This document shows, in pieces, positions 38,601-50,720 of a stretch of 64,000 bases of DNA. The position numbers were made by a program, and so were the translations under genes. The stretch's first letter is position 1, and each line of letters begins with the position of its first letter. A model generated the notes under the pieces. It saw only the letters and a list, made by a program, of their open reading frames with translations, was not told the origin of the DNA and did not search any database. The DNA is from Welwitschia mirabilis (lineage: Eukaryota). The stretch covers positions 20,492,059 to 20,556,058 of the forward strand of contig JBOZIK010000001.1 in the NCBI GenBank assembly GCA_051453625.1. Reading direction: 5' to 3'.

Positions 38601-40774
38601 CTATTCTAGATGTTTATCTTGGGATCCCTTTGGATTTAGAACAAAGTGCAAATAATATCTGGCATTCCTTTATTAGGAAAATTACTGTCAAGTTGACCAC
38701 ATGGAATAACAAATACCTCTCTAGTGTGGGTAAAATCCTTATTACTAAGTCTTGTCTAGCTAGTATGTTAATTTATACAACTAGTTACTTTTCTATCACC
38801 AATAAATAAGCTAATATTATTGATAATTTGATTAGAAAGTTCATATGGTTAAGATGTAAATCTCATAAGAGACTTTATCTTATTAGATATGATCAAATAG
38901 ACATGCTTAAAAAGGTAAGAGGGCTTGGTATCAAGAAAATAACCAAGATAAGTAAGTGTATTTTACTGAGCACTATTGCAAGTATGTCACAGACATAAAT
39001 ATTCCTTGGATGAACTTCTTTAACAAGGGATATAGAAATAAAGAAAACTACTCAATTTTTTGGAGAAAAATTATTCATTCTACTCAAGAGATATGGCCAC
39101 AAGTTTTTAACATTGAAAATCTTCCTCTTCATAATGGTAAGATAAGTACTACTAAAATGTATCACAATCTCTTTGAATTTGATAATACATGGAAAAATAT
39201 TTGGAATCTCTACATTCCAAAAAAAAAAATGTTTTGGTGGTATATGTTACTATGAATAAACTCATCTAGAGGAATTTGAGAGTTAATCAGGATTATCCCA
39301 TGTGCCATAAGGATAATAAGACTTAACAACATCTTTTTATTGATTTTCTTTTACTAAACATCTTTGGGCTAGCATTAATACAACCCATCTAAATAATATT
39401 AATTTGAAAAGTTTTTGTAGGTTTAAATANNNNNNNNNNNNNNNNNNNNNNNNNNNNNNNNNNNNNNNNNNNNNNNNNNNNNNNNNNNNNNNNNNNNNNN
39501 NNNNNNNNNNNNNNNNNNNNNNNNNNNNNNNNNNNNNNNNNNNNGAAGATATCATTGAAATATAGGGTATTAAAAGGGAAATGCATTCAAAACCTTAAAA
39601 TAGAGTTGTAGAAAGCAATTTGCAAACAAGACTATAGCAGAGAGCATCAAAACTACACCAGAGTAACAACTGAGCATTGAAAATATGCGAGGAGAGAACC
39701 AAAACTATGCCAAAAGACATGGGGAAAGCACTGCGCATAAAACCAGCCATGCATAACACTCTTATTAATCATGAATAGACTTAGGAAGCACTTCAAGTGA
39801 TAGGATGGAGTTCATATGTTCTTAGCTTGAGAGGTCATGATTCAGACTTATCAAAGGAATTCTTCAAAAACTAGAATGATAGATCATTAAGGATAACTAA
39901 CATCACCATTTTTATTGATATCACATCCATTAATGATGTTATTCCTATAGATCCCAAGGGCATTGAGTTAATAAGAGGAACACCAAAAGCTTCCATTATT
40001 CCTCAGTTTGAGAATCTGATTGGCAAACCTTTGAGGAAGAAAGGAGGAAGCTACAAAAGAAAGGATCTTCCTAAGCCATTTAACACTTGGGATACCATTA
40101 TCATGAAATGCTCTACCTTGGAGGCCACTTTAATAAAATCAGTGAACTAAAAATTTCACTTTTTGGCTATCATGATGGGAGAATTTCAGATAGATCTCCC
40201 TTTTTTCTTATCTCATTCACTTCATCCCTCATTAGAGAATTGCAAAGTTCATCATTAGGTTTTGATTTGGCTTCTTTACTAAAGAAAACTTCAGAATGAT
40301 GCTAGAGAACTAGATTGAAGAGATATCCCTAGGGCTCTTGTGCAGAAGCCCCTGTTATGGGTTCTCCCATAGTATACTAAGAATGAAGAGGAGTGCGGCC
40401 TTCTCGCACTAGCTAGACATACTACAAACATGCCAAAAGAGTCTGAACATGAACAAGAAGAAGAGATAGAGTAACAAATAAAGGAACATTAGGATTACAA
40501 CAAAAAAGAGGAAGCAGTGAAACCAATTCCTATGGCACAAATTCCACCTAAAACCTATGGCTCTAACAATTATTGTTTTGTTATTAATCCTTATGATTAT
40601 GCTAGCCTTGAATCTATATCTACTTAGAACAAGGAATCCAGGCTTACCGAATTAGATGTTAATGTATGGGGATTTGAATACCAATGCAATTACTACTGTG
40701 CTTGGAAATCCACCTTCTAAATAATTATACCATTAGTTTTAGTTGTCTAATATATTTACCATTTCTCAAAAAAA
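35620..40774 (+). mobile_element. Near full-length decayed L1 LINE (ORF1 DUF4283-like; ORF2 endonuclease, largely deleted RT, zf-RVT)
   Basis: ORF1 EDMNKVLVGELYFFGMRGLAIT*WTP..VRLDRST. ORF2 from about 37118: MIIS*NCRGL, LQETK, NFYGP, EDFNQIL, SYT*SN, NHRPIML, FRFENA*, WLKKGDHNTKFF, FANDMLL, YLGIPL, WNNKYLSSVGK. Tail tttctc(a)7 with the A run at 40768-40774. The 5' boundary is approximate. Confidence 0.88.
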
Positions 40775-40912
40775 TAACAATTAAGTTTTAACAATTCAAA
40801 GATTAAATGAAAATAAGCAACATCAAGTTCTCTTTTCTTTTCTTTTTTTTTAAATTTATCTATAAAATCATCAATATTTAGATCTTTTTCATTAGTTATA
40901 ATAAAACATACA

Positions 40913-40948
40913 CCTCTCTCTCTCACTCTCTCTCACTCACTCACTCAC

Positions 40949-41017
<69 letters not shown>
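40913..41017. repeat. (CT)n/(CACT)n compound microsatellite
   Basis: Directly visible. Confidence 0.97.
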
Positions 41018-41021
<4 letters not shown>

Positions 41022-42834
41022 GAAGAGATAGTGGGTAGGTAATTTTATGCTACACAAAATCCCAGTGACACTTGGGCTTATGAAATCTATTCCATTTCTT
41101 ATATTCCCTACCACTACTAGGGTTTAAATTCTAGACCTCTAAGTTCATGTGTCTGTGACCTCACCACTATAGTAAGTAGCTACTAACAGAACATTAAGTT
41201 CTCTCAAGTTAACAGGAGGAAGCTCATTAAAATATTAGCTATTTAGCATTTAATATTGTTTAAACCATATTTTAGTTTAGTATCGAGATTTCCCTCTAAA
41301 TACTTCTTTTTTTAAAAACATATTTTCCTTTTATATACTATTATTATTATCATGCTACTTATGTTGTTTATGTATCATAATTATAACCTTCCAAACTTAT
41401 GGAAGGATTAAAGTCATTTGGATTATAAAATTAAGTAGTAAGGTAATAATTACAATAATAAATGTAAATCTCAACTAGTTATAAAACATAAGCTTAAATA
41501 ATAAACTAACCAAGGAAATATCTTAAGATATTAAAGAGGTTTTATTCTAAATAATTATAGATGATTATTTAAAAGTTAAACTATGAACCAAATCTAAGTT
41601 AAGTGTAAAATAAATTTACAGATTAGTAATAAATTATTTGCTATAAATTTCAACTGCCTTGAAAGTAATAAGTTTAGAAATATTACACATATAATGAAAT
41701 GTAAAACTGGCTAGGATAGTATTACAGATGTCATAAATACTAACACATTAATCATGTAAACCCTAATAACACATTAAAGAAGAAAATTTAAATGATAAGT
41801 ATGAATGAATATTTAAAATGGGCCATTACATAACCATTAATCATAATTGTATTAATGATAGAATAACATATAACTTCAATCATAGATGAAAGTGCACTTG
41901 CTAATGATGCAAACACTATGGTAAATATTAATTTATCGCAAAACATATAGTTAGACTTAACAAGGTAAATGTCTCATAACATATTCATTTCCTCGTACTT
42001 AGGAAGGAAGAAAAGAGGTTTAGAACCTCATAATAAGATAAGATCTTATCAAACATAGAAAATATGAATTATAAATGATAAATTTCTAATAAAAAGATGG
42101 ATCTTCATGTGATGGAAAGATAATCCAGCTAGAAGAAGCTAATTAACCTTTAAGTAAGAATTTTCTTTTGTTGCCTTGAATACGATTACAATTACATTAG
42201 TGTGTATTGTTAATTTCATGTTAATAAAATTTGGTACAATTATAAATTTTCTAGACTTATGGATTTAGATATGTAATCCATTGTCTTATTAAGATGTGGT
42301 TTAGTACTTTGTTGCACTACCAATTTATGTTTATTTAATGGGTTTTATGAGTTATTTTACAGGACTTTTACACAGGTTTTAGTGCAAATTTGAGAATTTT
42401 GGAGTTACAAGAGGAAATCTCAGAAAAGTGCATTTACTATTCAAATTTGATGCATTTAAGACACTTTCCGGTGAGTAGAGATTTTTATGAATAAAACAAC
42501 TAAGTTTCTTCTTTAAAAAGACATTAAAGAAGATTGTCGTCCCCTTAATTATCTACATAACAAGACCAGATGATGACTGCTGACGTAGATTGTTAACTCA
42601 TCACTTTTGGAGATGACAAACCGAATGACACTGACATGTAACTACCACTGATAGATTCTCTCAGCCTTTTCATCTGTTTTCGAATGCTTAATGAGCATGT
42701 GTAACTGCATCTTCTGTTTATTGGTTTCGGAACTCTTAATGAGCGTGCATAACCGCATCTTCTGTCTGTCTGTTTCTATTGTATTTCATATAAATAAGGT
42801 CCTCCTTCTACGCTTTTCCATCTTCGATGCACCA

Positions 42835-44058
42835 TTTTTTAGCAAATTTTTAAATCTTGGCATAAAATTAAGCACCTTTTTCATAGGCACCCAGTTAATC
42901 TAAGCCATAACTAGTTAGATACTCATTCTCCTTGGTGGTTTCTAGCCTTTCAAATAGCAGATAATTCTTTGGCTTCCCATTCTCTAGCTAGATTTCATAG
43001 ATTGACTAAAGCAGGTCTTCTTCATTTAGATGAATTTGTTACTATTCAAGATAATTGCATCAAAATAAATTGGCCCTGTCTTAAAACCAAGTGAGAGGTT
43101 CAAAAATTAGATCTTCCTATCATCAGGCATATTAAAAAAGTGGTCTCAAAATTTCATTTGCATCATAATGATCTGAATTAGTGGGATGATTGGTTTTTGC
43201 TTGATGAAAAAAAAATTACTTATATTTCCCCCTTTTCCACCCATATTTAGTTCCAAGATTTCGACAGAATTATTAAGAAACTAAACTCTAAATGGCATCT
43301 CACTTGAATGGATGATAAATGGCAGCAATTTTTTAAGGAATTCTGGAGGATCAAAGATGCTCTTACTTTTTCTTTTTTTTCTTTTTAAAGGTGGGTTCCT
43401 TTCCATTCTTTTTTCGTTGTTGGAAAGAACTCAATTATTTTGGAGTTTGGAAAAACTTATGGGCTCATCCTAAAAATAAAATTTTATTTTGATGCTTCAT
43501 TTATCAAGGGCTTTCTATGGCTCATCGTCTTCAACTATTAGGAATTGCTCATCCCTTATGTCCCATTTGTAATAATCTAGAAACTTTCCAGCACATCTTT
43601 TGGGACTACTGCCTTGCTACTCAAATTTAGAAATTGATCAAAAATATTGGTAGATAGAGCATGCCCCTTCAATCTCCTAATTTCATTCTGTTACAAGATC
43701 CTCCGGATAGTTTGTCTAAGCATAGTTAGAATATTCTCATTCTAGAATGTGTTCACTTTATTTGGAAATCTCGATGTCATGCTTGATTTAATAAGGATGA
43801 TCCTCATAACTTTGTCATAAGCACCAAATATTCAATCATTTTGGCAGTTCTTCTTCAATATAAAGCTTCAGGTCTTCATGCAGATTACAAATTTCTAAAG
43901 CTTTATTATAAAAAATTCTTCTGAAGCTGTCTGTTCTCCATTCTATTTAGTCTCTAAGTGATAGTAATTGTCCTGGGGGTGTGGTTACTTTCTATTCTTT
44001 TTGGGCTCTACTAAGATATTCTCCTACATATTGATTATTCTCTACCTTAACAACCCCC
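42835..44058 (+). mobile_element. 5'-truncated LINE inserted in the Athila 5' LTR, 17-bp TSD
   Basis: ccatcttcgatgcacca at 42818-42834 and 44059-44075. The insert is absent from the 3' LTR. zf-RVT-like WKNLW..CPICNNLETFQHIFW..VHFIWKSRC. Confidence 0.9.
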
Positions 44059-44640
44059 CCATCTTCGATGCACCAGAGATTCTCATGACAGTAGAGCAAA
44101 GGATGAGAGATCCATCCTTGTGAGTTACAGAGAGATGAGCACTTAGTAGAGGGTTGAGTATCTTCTATTGAGGCCTGGCTATTTGACAACTAGGATGATT
44201 GTTACTTCTAATATAAAATCTTGGTTTTCTATTTATGTTTATATTTGTTTGCATTGGAGATTTCTTATGTCCCTTATAGTCTAATGTGTCTTAGATCTAG
44301 TGACAATCTTTAAGGTGATATAGATTATCAAGGGCAGCTCTTATTAGGGCTGAAGAGTAAAAGTAGAATTAGGATTCATTTGCATTACATGTTAGTTTAG
44401 AATGCAGATTGTACTTTGCATGATAGTTTAATTTCCTGCTTTGTTATCCATTATTTCTAGTTACCAGGATTATTTGCATAAGCAACCTAAGTTTCCTTAC
44501 GGATAGACTTCAACGAGATATGACATTTGGGTCACTCCCATTATTCTAGCGTATTGTATTATGCATAATATCTATTTTAATTATTGATGATAAAATCTAT
44601 TTGAATGTTAAGATATGCATAAATACATACCGCAATAAAT

Positions 44641-44658
44641 TAGTGTCATTACCGGGGA
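44641..44658 (+). promoter_or_regulatory. Athila-type PBS (degenerate TGGCGCCGTTGCCGGGGA)
   Basis: tagtgtcattaccgggga, 3 nt after the LTR end. Confidence 0.8.
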
Positions 44659-45259
44659 AGGCTATCAAAGAAGTACAAAGGTTATCATCATTCAGATAAG
44701 TATTCCGGTTATTTGTTTATTCGGCTTTGTAGTTTATTAGAAATTTAGGGATTTCTATAGCATTTTTTATGTGCTATAGTTTTGACTTTTTGAATTTTTA
44801 TTTTTTATTAAAAAAAGTGTGGTCATCCCCTGTGTTTTTCCCACGATAGATAAGATAACAGTCATTTTTTAGTTTTTGTTTTATTTTGTATTTTTTATTT
44901 TTTCTCCAATAAATTTGCCTCTGTCGTCCCTTATGACATCCAGACGACTGCATTTCAATTCTATTTTTGTTTTTCTATTTTCTAATAACATTGTCTCTTC
45001 TATCATCTAAATGATAGATAAGATGACAGTCTGTGATCTAATTTCTATTGTTTGTTGTTTGCAGGATGCTGTGCTATGGTAAATATGAAGAAGAAATATC
45101 TCAGAGAAAAGAAGCTAATAGAAGAGGACCTCAAAGAAGGACTAGCAATCTTAGAAAAAGAGATGGAAGAACAATCTCTAGGTGCACTCAATCCTCCTTC
45201 CAATTTTTTTTTTTTTTAAATTTGATTTCCTTAATGAAAAACCTATAGAAGAAGAAGAT

Positions 45260-47330
45260 CAACCTACAATGTCGAGTGCTTCCCAAAAACAAAAACAAGT
45301 CATAGGGTCTTCTACCCCTAATTTCAACCTCATCCTTAGAGAACTATTAGCCAACAAAAATAGAGAAATTCAAAATTCATTTAACCTACCTTTGGGAAAT
45401 GATGTAGAGCTTAAGAATATACATGCTTATCCAACTTTTAGTGGAGAAGAGGATGAGAATTCCATTCAACATATTGAAGATATTGAATAACTTATTCTCA
45501 CCTTAGAAAATGGGAAGAAAAGAATAAAATAGAACATATATGGTAATCTTTCCCATAACTTTAAAAGGTAGGGTAAAATTATGACTAAAAACATTACCCT
45601 ACAAGAGCCTCAAAACATGGGATCAAGTCTGGAAAACCTTTATAAAAAGATTTATGAGTGAAAAAACTATAAGAAAAAGAAAGAGGAAGGTAATAAATTT
45701 TCAACAAAATCCAAATGAAGACTATGCCTCCATATATGAGCATTTCTTTATCACAATCCACTCTAATCCAGTAGATGCTTTTTCAAAAGTAGAACAACTA
45801 AACTACTTTTATAGTGGATTGACTCCCCACACAAAACAACTTGTAGATTTTTCTTATGGAGGAAATCTTTTGAACCTTACCTTAGATGAAGCCTGGATAA
45901 AATTAGAAGAAATTGTGGAGGTTAGTAAAACTTGATTAACACTAAAAGAAAATTAAATGATAGGCCAAATTATCAAAGGGTTAAAACAAGTAAAGCAAAA
46001 AGAGGTAGAAGTCAACCCTACAGATCCTATGAGGGAATTTACAAAAACCTTAGAGAAGTATACAAAAATAATTTTGGATGCCAAAAATGCAACTGAAAGA
46101 AATGTTATGCAAACATGTGATTTATGTGAGGAAAACTATCATATCACCAAAAATTATCCTCTTCTACCAACTTATAAAGAGAAAATTATAGAGGAAGTTT
46201 TAGCTTTTAATCAACCATATCAAAACTTCCAAAATCAAAATCAAGCACAACCTAGGTTAAACCATCATTTCCAAAATAATCATTAACTTTTTAGAAACCG
46301 AAACACATATTACCAACCAAGTTCATCTAACTTTTAACATCCAAATAATCCTCTTGCAAATTCTATAGATGAAATAAGAAAAACACAAGAAGAAACAAAT
46401 GCCAAAATAGATAACTTGGTTAGTGTCCTTCAACAAACTTTATTGGAAAACCAAAGATCCTAAGGAAATTTAGCTATATAACCTTTACCCAACCCAAATA
46501 AATTAAGAAAATATTATAAGGTTGTAACAAGAAGTGGTTAAGAAATAAACCCTCTTCCATGTAAACCTTTCACCTCCCATAATAATGAAGAAAAATAGCA
46601 ATATGACATTAATATTTTAGATGATTACCACTTCCCTTCTCTTGGCAAGAAGAAAATGAAAAATCCAAATACCCCTTAGCTTGATAGACTTAATAATAAT
46701 TTAACTTTAAATGACCATTTAAAAGCCTTAATAAAAAATGTAAGCATAAGTCTTCCTTTTTAGAAAGTTTTACAAGAAAATTCGGGGTATGTAAAACTAT
46801 GGAAAGACTTAATTAGAAGAAAACAAAAAAGATTCATTCTTAATAAGGTCTTTCTTACCCAATCCCTTACAAATTTAGTATTACAAAAGTCACCAAAATT
46901 TAAAGATTCAGGAGTAGCAATGGTGGATATTATAGTAGAGGGAAATAAAAAGATAAGAAAAGCATTAATTTACATTGGAGCGAGCATTAACTTTATGTCA
47001 CTTTACATTTACAAGAGGCTTGGTTTAAAAGATAGAATAGAGCCTACTATAGTTGTCTTAAAACTAGCAGATATATCAATTAAAAAACCATTAGGCATAA
47101 TTAAAGATTTGGAAATCCAAATAGAAGAGGCTTACTACCCCCTTGATGTGATTATCATAAAAGTTGAGCATAACAGAGGATATTCTTTACTTCTAAGTAG
47201 AGTCTTTTGTGCAATAGCCCATTACATCATTGATATAAGAAAAGGAATAATGAAATGTTATTTTAGAAATAGAACTTTGACGATTAGAGTCTTTGATGCA
47301 GCTAAGAAAGATTTGGGTGATGATGATATG
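45260..47330 (+). pseudogene. Athila gag and aspartic protease remnants
   Basis: YPTFSGEEDENSIQHI; INFQQNPNE..YFYSGLTPHTKQLVDFSYGGNLL; CDLCEENYHITKNYP; ALIYIGASINFMSL..LKLADISIKKPLGIIKD. Confidence 0.9.
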
Positions 47331-50300
47331 AACATTAAAGATAATGTCAAACACACTTTATTTTTGCAACATTACCCACTTAAAAAAAGAGAAATCAAAC
47401 CAAGTGAGCATGTGCTTTATGAAGATCAACCTAAGAATAAAGAAGAAAAGAAACCTTGTGAGTATAAGGAATTCCAACTTATCAAGAAAAATCAAAAGGA
47501 AGATTGTCCATTTCATAAGTCAAAAAGTAAAAATCATAAAATGAATTTGAAAAAGAAAAATGTTTTCAAAGGTAATCTTCTTTGTAATGTTCCTCTTACA
47601 TTTCATGAAAATCTTTCACCCAAGTTACCTTTTCTCTTCCCTTTGACTTTCAAAATCTGTACTTTGATATGGAATCATAAAGTACTCTCCATTACTCCTC
47701 TCTTCATCCAATTGATTTTACATGAAAATAATTGTACATATCCTATGTTTTATTAATTGGTCAATTTCTGGTTTGGACCTTACTTCTTTAAAAGACTTAA
47801 GACCACCACAGATCCTTGATTTTCCTTTCTTTATTTTCATTAAAGTATGCTTTATGTTGAGGATTTAAATAAAAGTTTGCTTGCTTTGTTGTTTTCTTTT
47901 TAGTTTTTTATTTTTAGAATCTTTGTTTTTATTTTTTATTTTCTATTTTTGCTAACATAATTGGTCATCTTCTATGTTGTCCTCATGACAAGATGAATGA
48001 TAATCACCTTTGATAGATTTTTAGTTGTTCTGTTAATTTTCTATGTTTTGTTTATTTTTCCTATCTATGTCATCCTCTATGTCATCTAGAAGATGGCAAG
48101 ATGATTGTTAATAAAATGTTAATTTTTTTTGTTATTTTCAAAAAATAAATTTTTATTACTCTATTGAAATTTATAACTTAACTACCTAAGATTTATAGGA
48201 ATTAAATTGAAAAAATTAGAATTTCATAAGAAAATTGTCTAAATTTTCTCTTAGCTTTTTCTTTTAAAAGATTATTGTGGTATTACTTGATCATCTTTCA
48301 AACCTAACTTATGCATTTATTTTCATAACTAGTTTTTTGACTTGGGAATTTCAATGATAAGATTGGGTTCATCCAATCTTAGGACATTTACACATCAATG
48401 AACTTCATGAAAGGAAGATGCTTTATTTTTTATTCTTTCCTTAATGGTGAAAGGGTCTTAGATTGTTTAAGAGTATTCTTTTCTATCTTAATATTATAAC
48501 TTTTACCTTTGTATTTAGAGTGTTTGGTTATGTGAAATTTTGTTTATTTATTAAAAAAAAAGAATGAATAAATACCATGATGTTTCATGTTTCTATCTCA
48601 AAAGCATGGTCGTCATGATGTCCTACTGCTAGTATATTGAGACAAATATTTTTGAGAAGAGCCTTTGATAGTGTAATATGATACCTGTGGAAACTCTACT
48701 AGGAGGTTAGTTGGCCATGTTTCGCAGGTCCTCACTTCTCTGATAGTGGTTGCACTTTCCTCATCATGGATAATAAAGCTGTATTTAAACTTTGAGGCTA
48801 CTCGATTAGGGGTAATCCTAGTGTNNNNNNNNNNNNNNNNNNNNNNNNNNNNNNNNNNNNNNNNNNNNNNNNNNNNNNNNNNNNNNNNNNNNNNNNNNNN
48901 NNNNNNNNNNNNNNNNNNNNNNNNNNNNNNNNNNNNNNNNNNNNNNNNNNNNNNNNNNNNNNNNNNNNNNNNNNNNNNNNNNNNNNNNNNNNNNNNNNNN
49001 NNNNNNNNNNNNNNNNNNNNNNNNNNNNNNNNNNNNNNNNNNNNNNNNNNNNNNNNNNNNNNNNNNNNNNNNNNNNNNNNNNNNNNNNNNNNNNNNNNNN
49101 NNNNNNNNNNNNNNNNNNNNNNNNNNNNNNNNNNNNNNCACGATTAGAGTCTTTGATGCAGCTAAGAAGGATTTGGGTAATGATGAAATAAACACTAAAA
49201 ATAATGTCAAACTCGCTTTATTTTTGCAACATCACCCACTTGAAAAAAGAGAGATGAAATCAAGTGAGCATGTGCTTTGTGATGATTTACTTGAAAATAA
49301 AGAAGAAAAAAAACACTGTGAAGTCCAACCTTTTAAGAAAAATCATAAGGGAGATTGTCCATTTCATATGACAAAAAGTAAAAATCATAAAATGAATTTG
49401 AAAAAAAAAATATTTTCAATGGGCATAAAGGTAATTTTCTTTATAATATTCCTCTTGCAAATCTTTCATCCAAATTTCCTTTTCTCTCCCCTTTGCCTTC
49501 CAAAATCTGTACTTTGATATGGCATCATAAAGTACTCTCCATTACTCCTCTCTTTATCTAATCAATTTTACTTAGAAATAATTGCACATTACTTATGTTT
49601 TATTAATTAGTAAATTTTTGGTTTCGACCATTCTTCTTTAAAAATTCTAAAACCATAGAAAATCCTTAATTTTCTTTTCTTTCTTTTTAATAAAGTGTCC
49701 TTTAGATTTAGGATTTAGTTTGCTTGCTTTGATTATTTTCTTTTCAGTTTTTTGTTTTCTGTTTTCAAAGTCTCTGTTTTATTTCTGTTTACAAGTTTGC
49801 TTTCTCTGTTTTTGCTTAAATAATATGTTGTCTTCTATGTCGTCCACATGAGTAGGTGGATGACAATCACTCTTTCTATCTTTTTTGTTTTTTTTCCTTT
49901 TTTTTTATGTTCTATTTTCTTTTCTGTGTATGTTATCCATGTCATCTGGATAACTGTCAGGACAACCATTAATAAACTATTAATTATTTTTGAGAAAATA
50001 CATTTTTATGGCTCTATTAAGATTTCCAACTTGACTACTTCAGAATTGCAGAAAGTGAATGGATAAATATTAGAATTTCATGAGCAAACCATCTAAATTT
50101 TCTTTTAGCCATTTTCCTTTGAAATATTATTATGGCATTACCTGACCATCTTTCAAACTTGATTTATGTATTTACTTCCATGACTAGTCTTTTTGACTTG
50201 GGCATTTCAGTGATAAGATTGGATTTACCCAATCTTAGGACATTTAAAAGTCCATGAACTTTAATTGAAGGAAGATTCCTTTTTTTTAAAATGCTTTTCT

Positions 50301-50720
50301 CAATGGTAAAAGGGTCGTAAATTGTTTAAGAGTATTCTTTTCTATCCTAATCTTTTTGACTTTCACTTTTAGCTTTTAGAGTGATGTATCATGTAGAATG
50401 TTATTTATATTTATTTAAAAACAGAAGAAGAAGAAGAAGAAGAAGAAAAGAAGAGAGAGTGAATAAAGACCATGATGTTTTATATTTCTATCTCAAAAAA
50501 ATGGTCACATGATATCCTACCACAAGTACACCAGGGTAAATATTTCTAAAAGAAGCCTTTGGTAGTGTAATATGTAGCTGTGGGAACTCCACTGGAAGGT
50601 CAGTTGGCCATGCTTCACAGGTCTTTACTTTTCTGACAGTGGTTGAACTCCCCTCATCATGGGTAATAAAAGTTATATTTAAAACTTTGAGGCTATGAGA
50701 TCAGTGGTGTTCCTGGTGTC
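47279..50720 (+). repeat. Diverged direct duplication of about 1.55 kb (47279-48824 and 49139-50720) spanning an N gap
   Basis: Both copies start cgattagagtctttgatgcagctaaga and run colinearly to ...tttgaggcta...cct(a/g)gtgt, with many substitutions. Confidence 0.9.
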
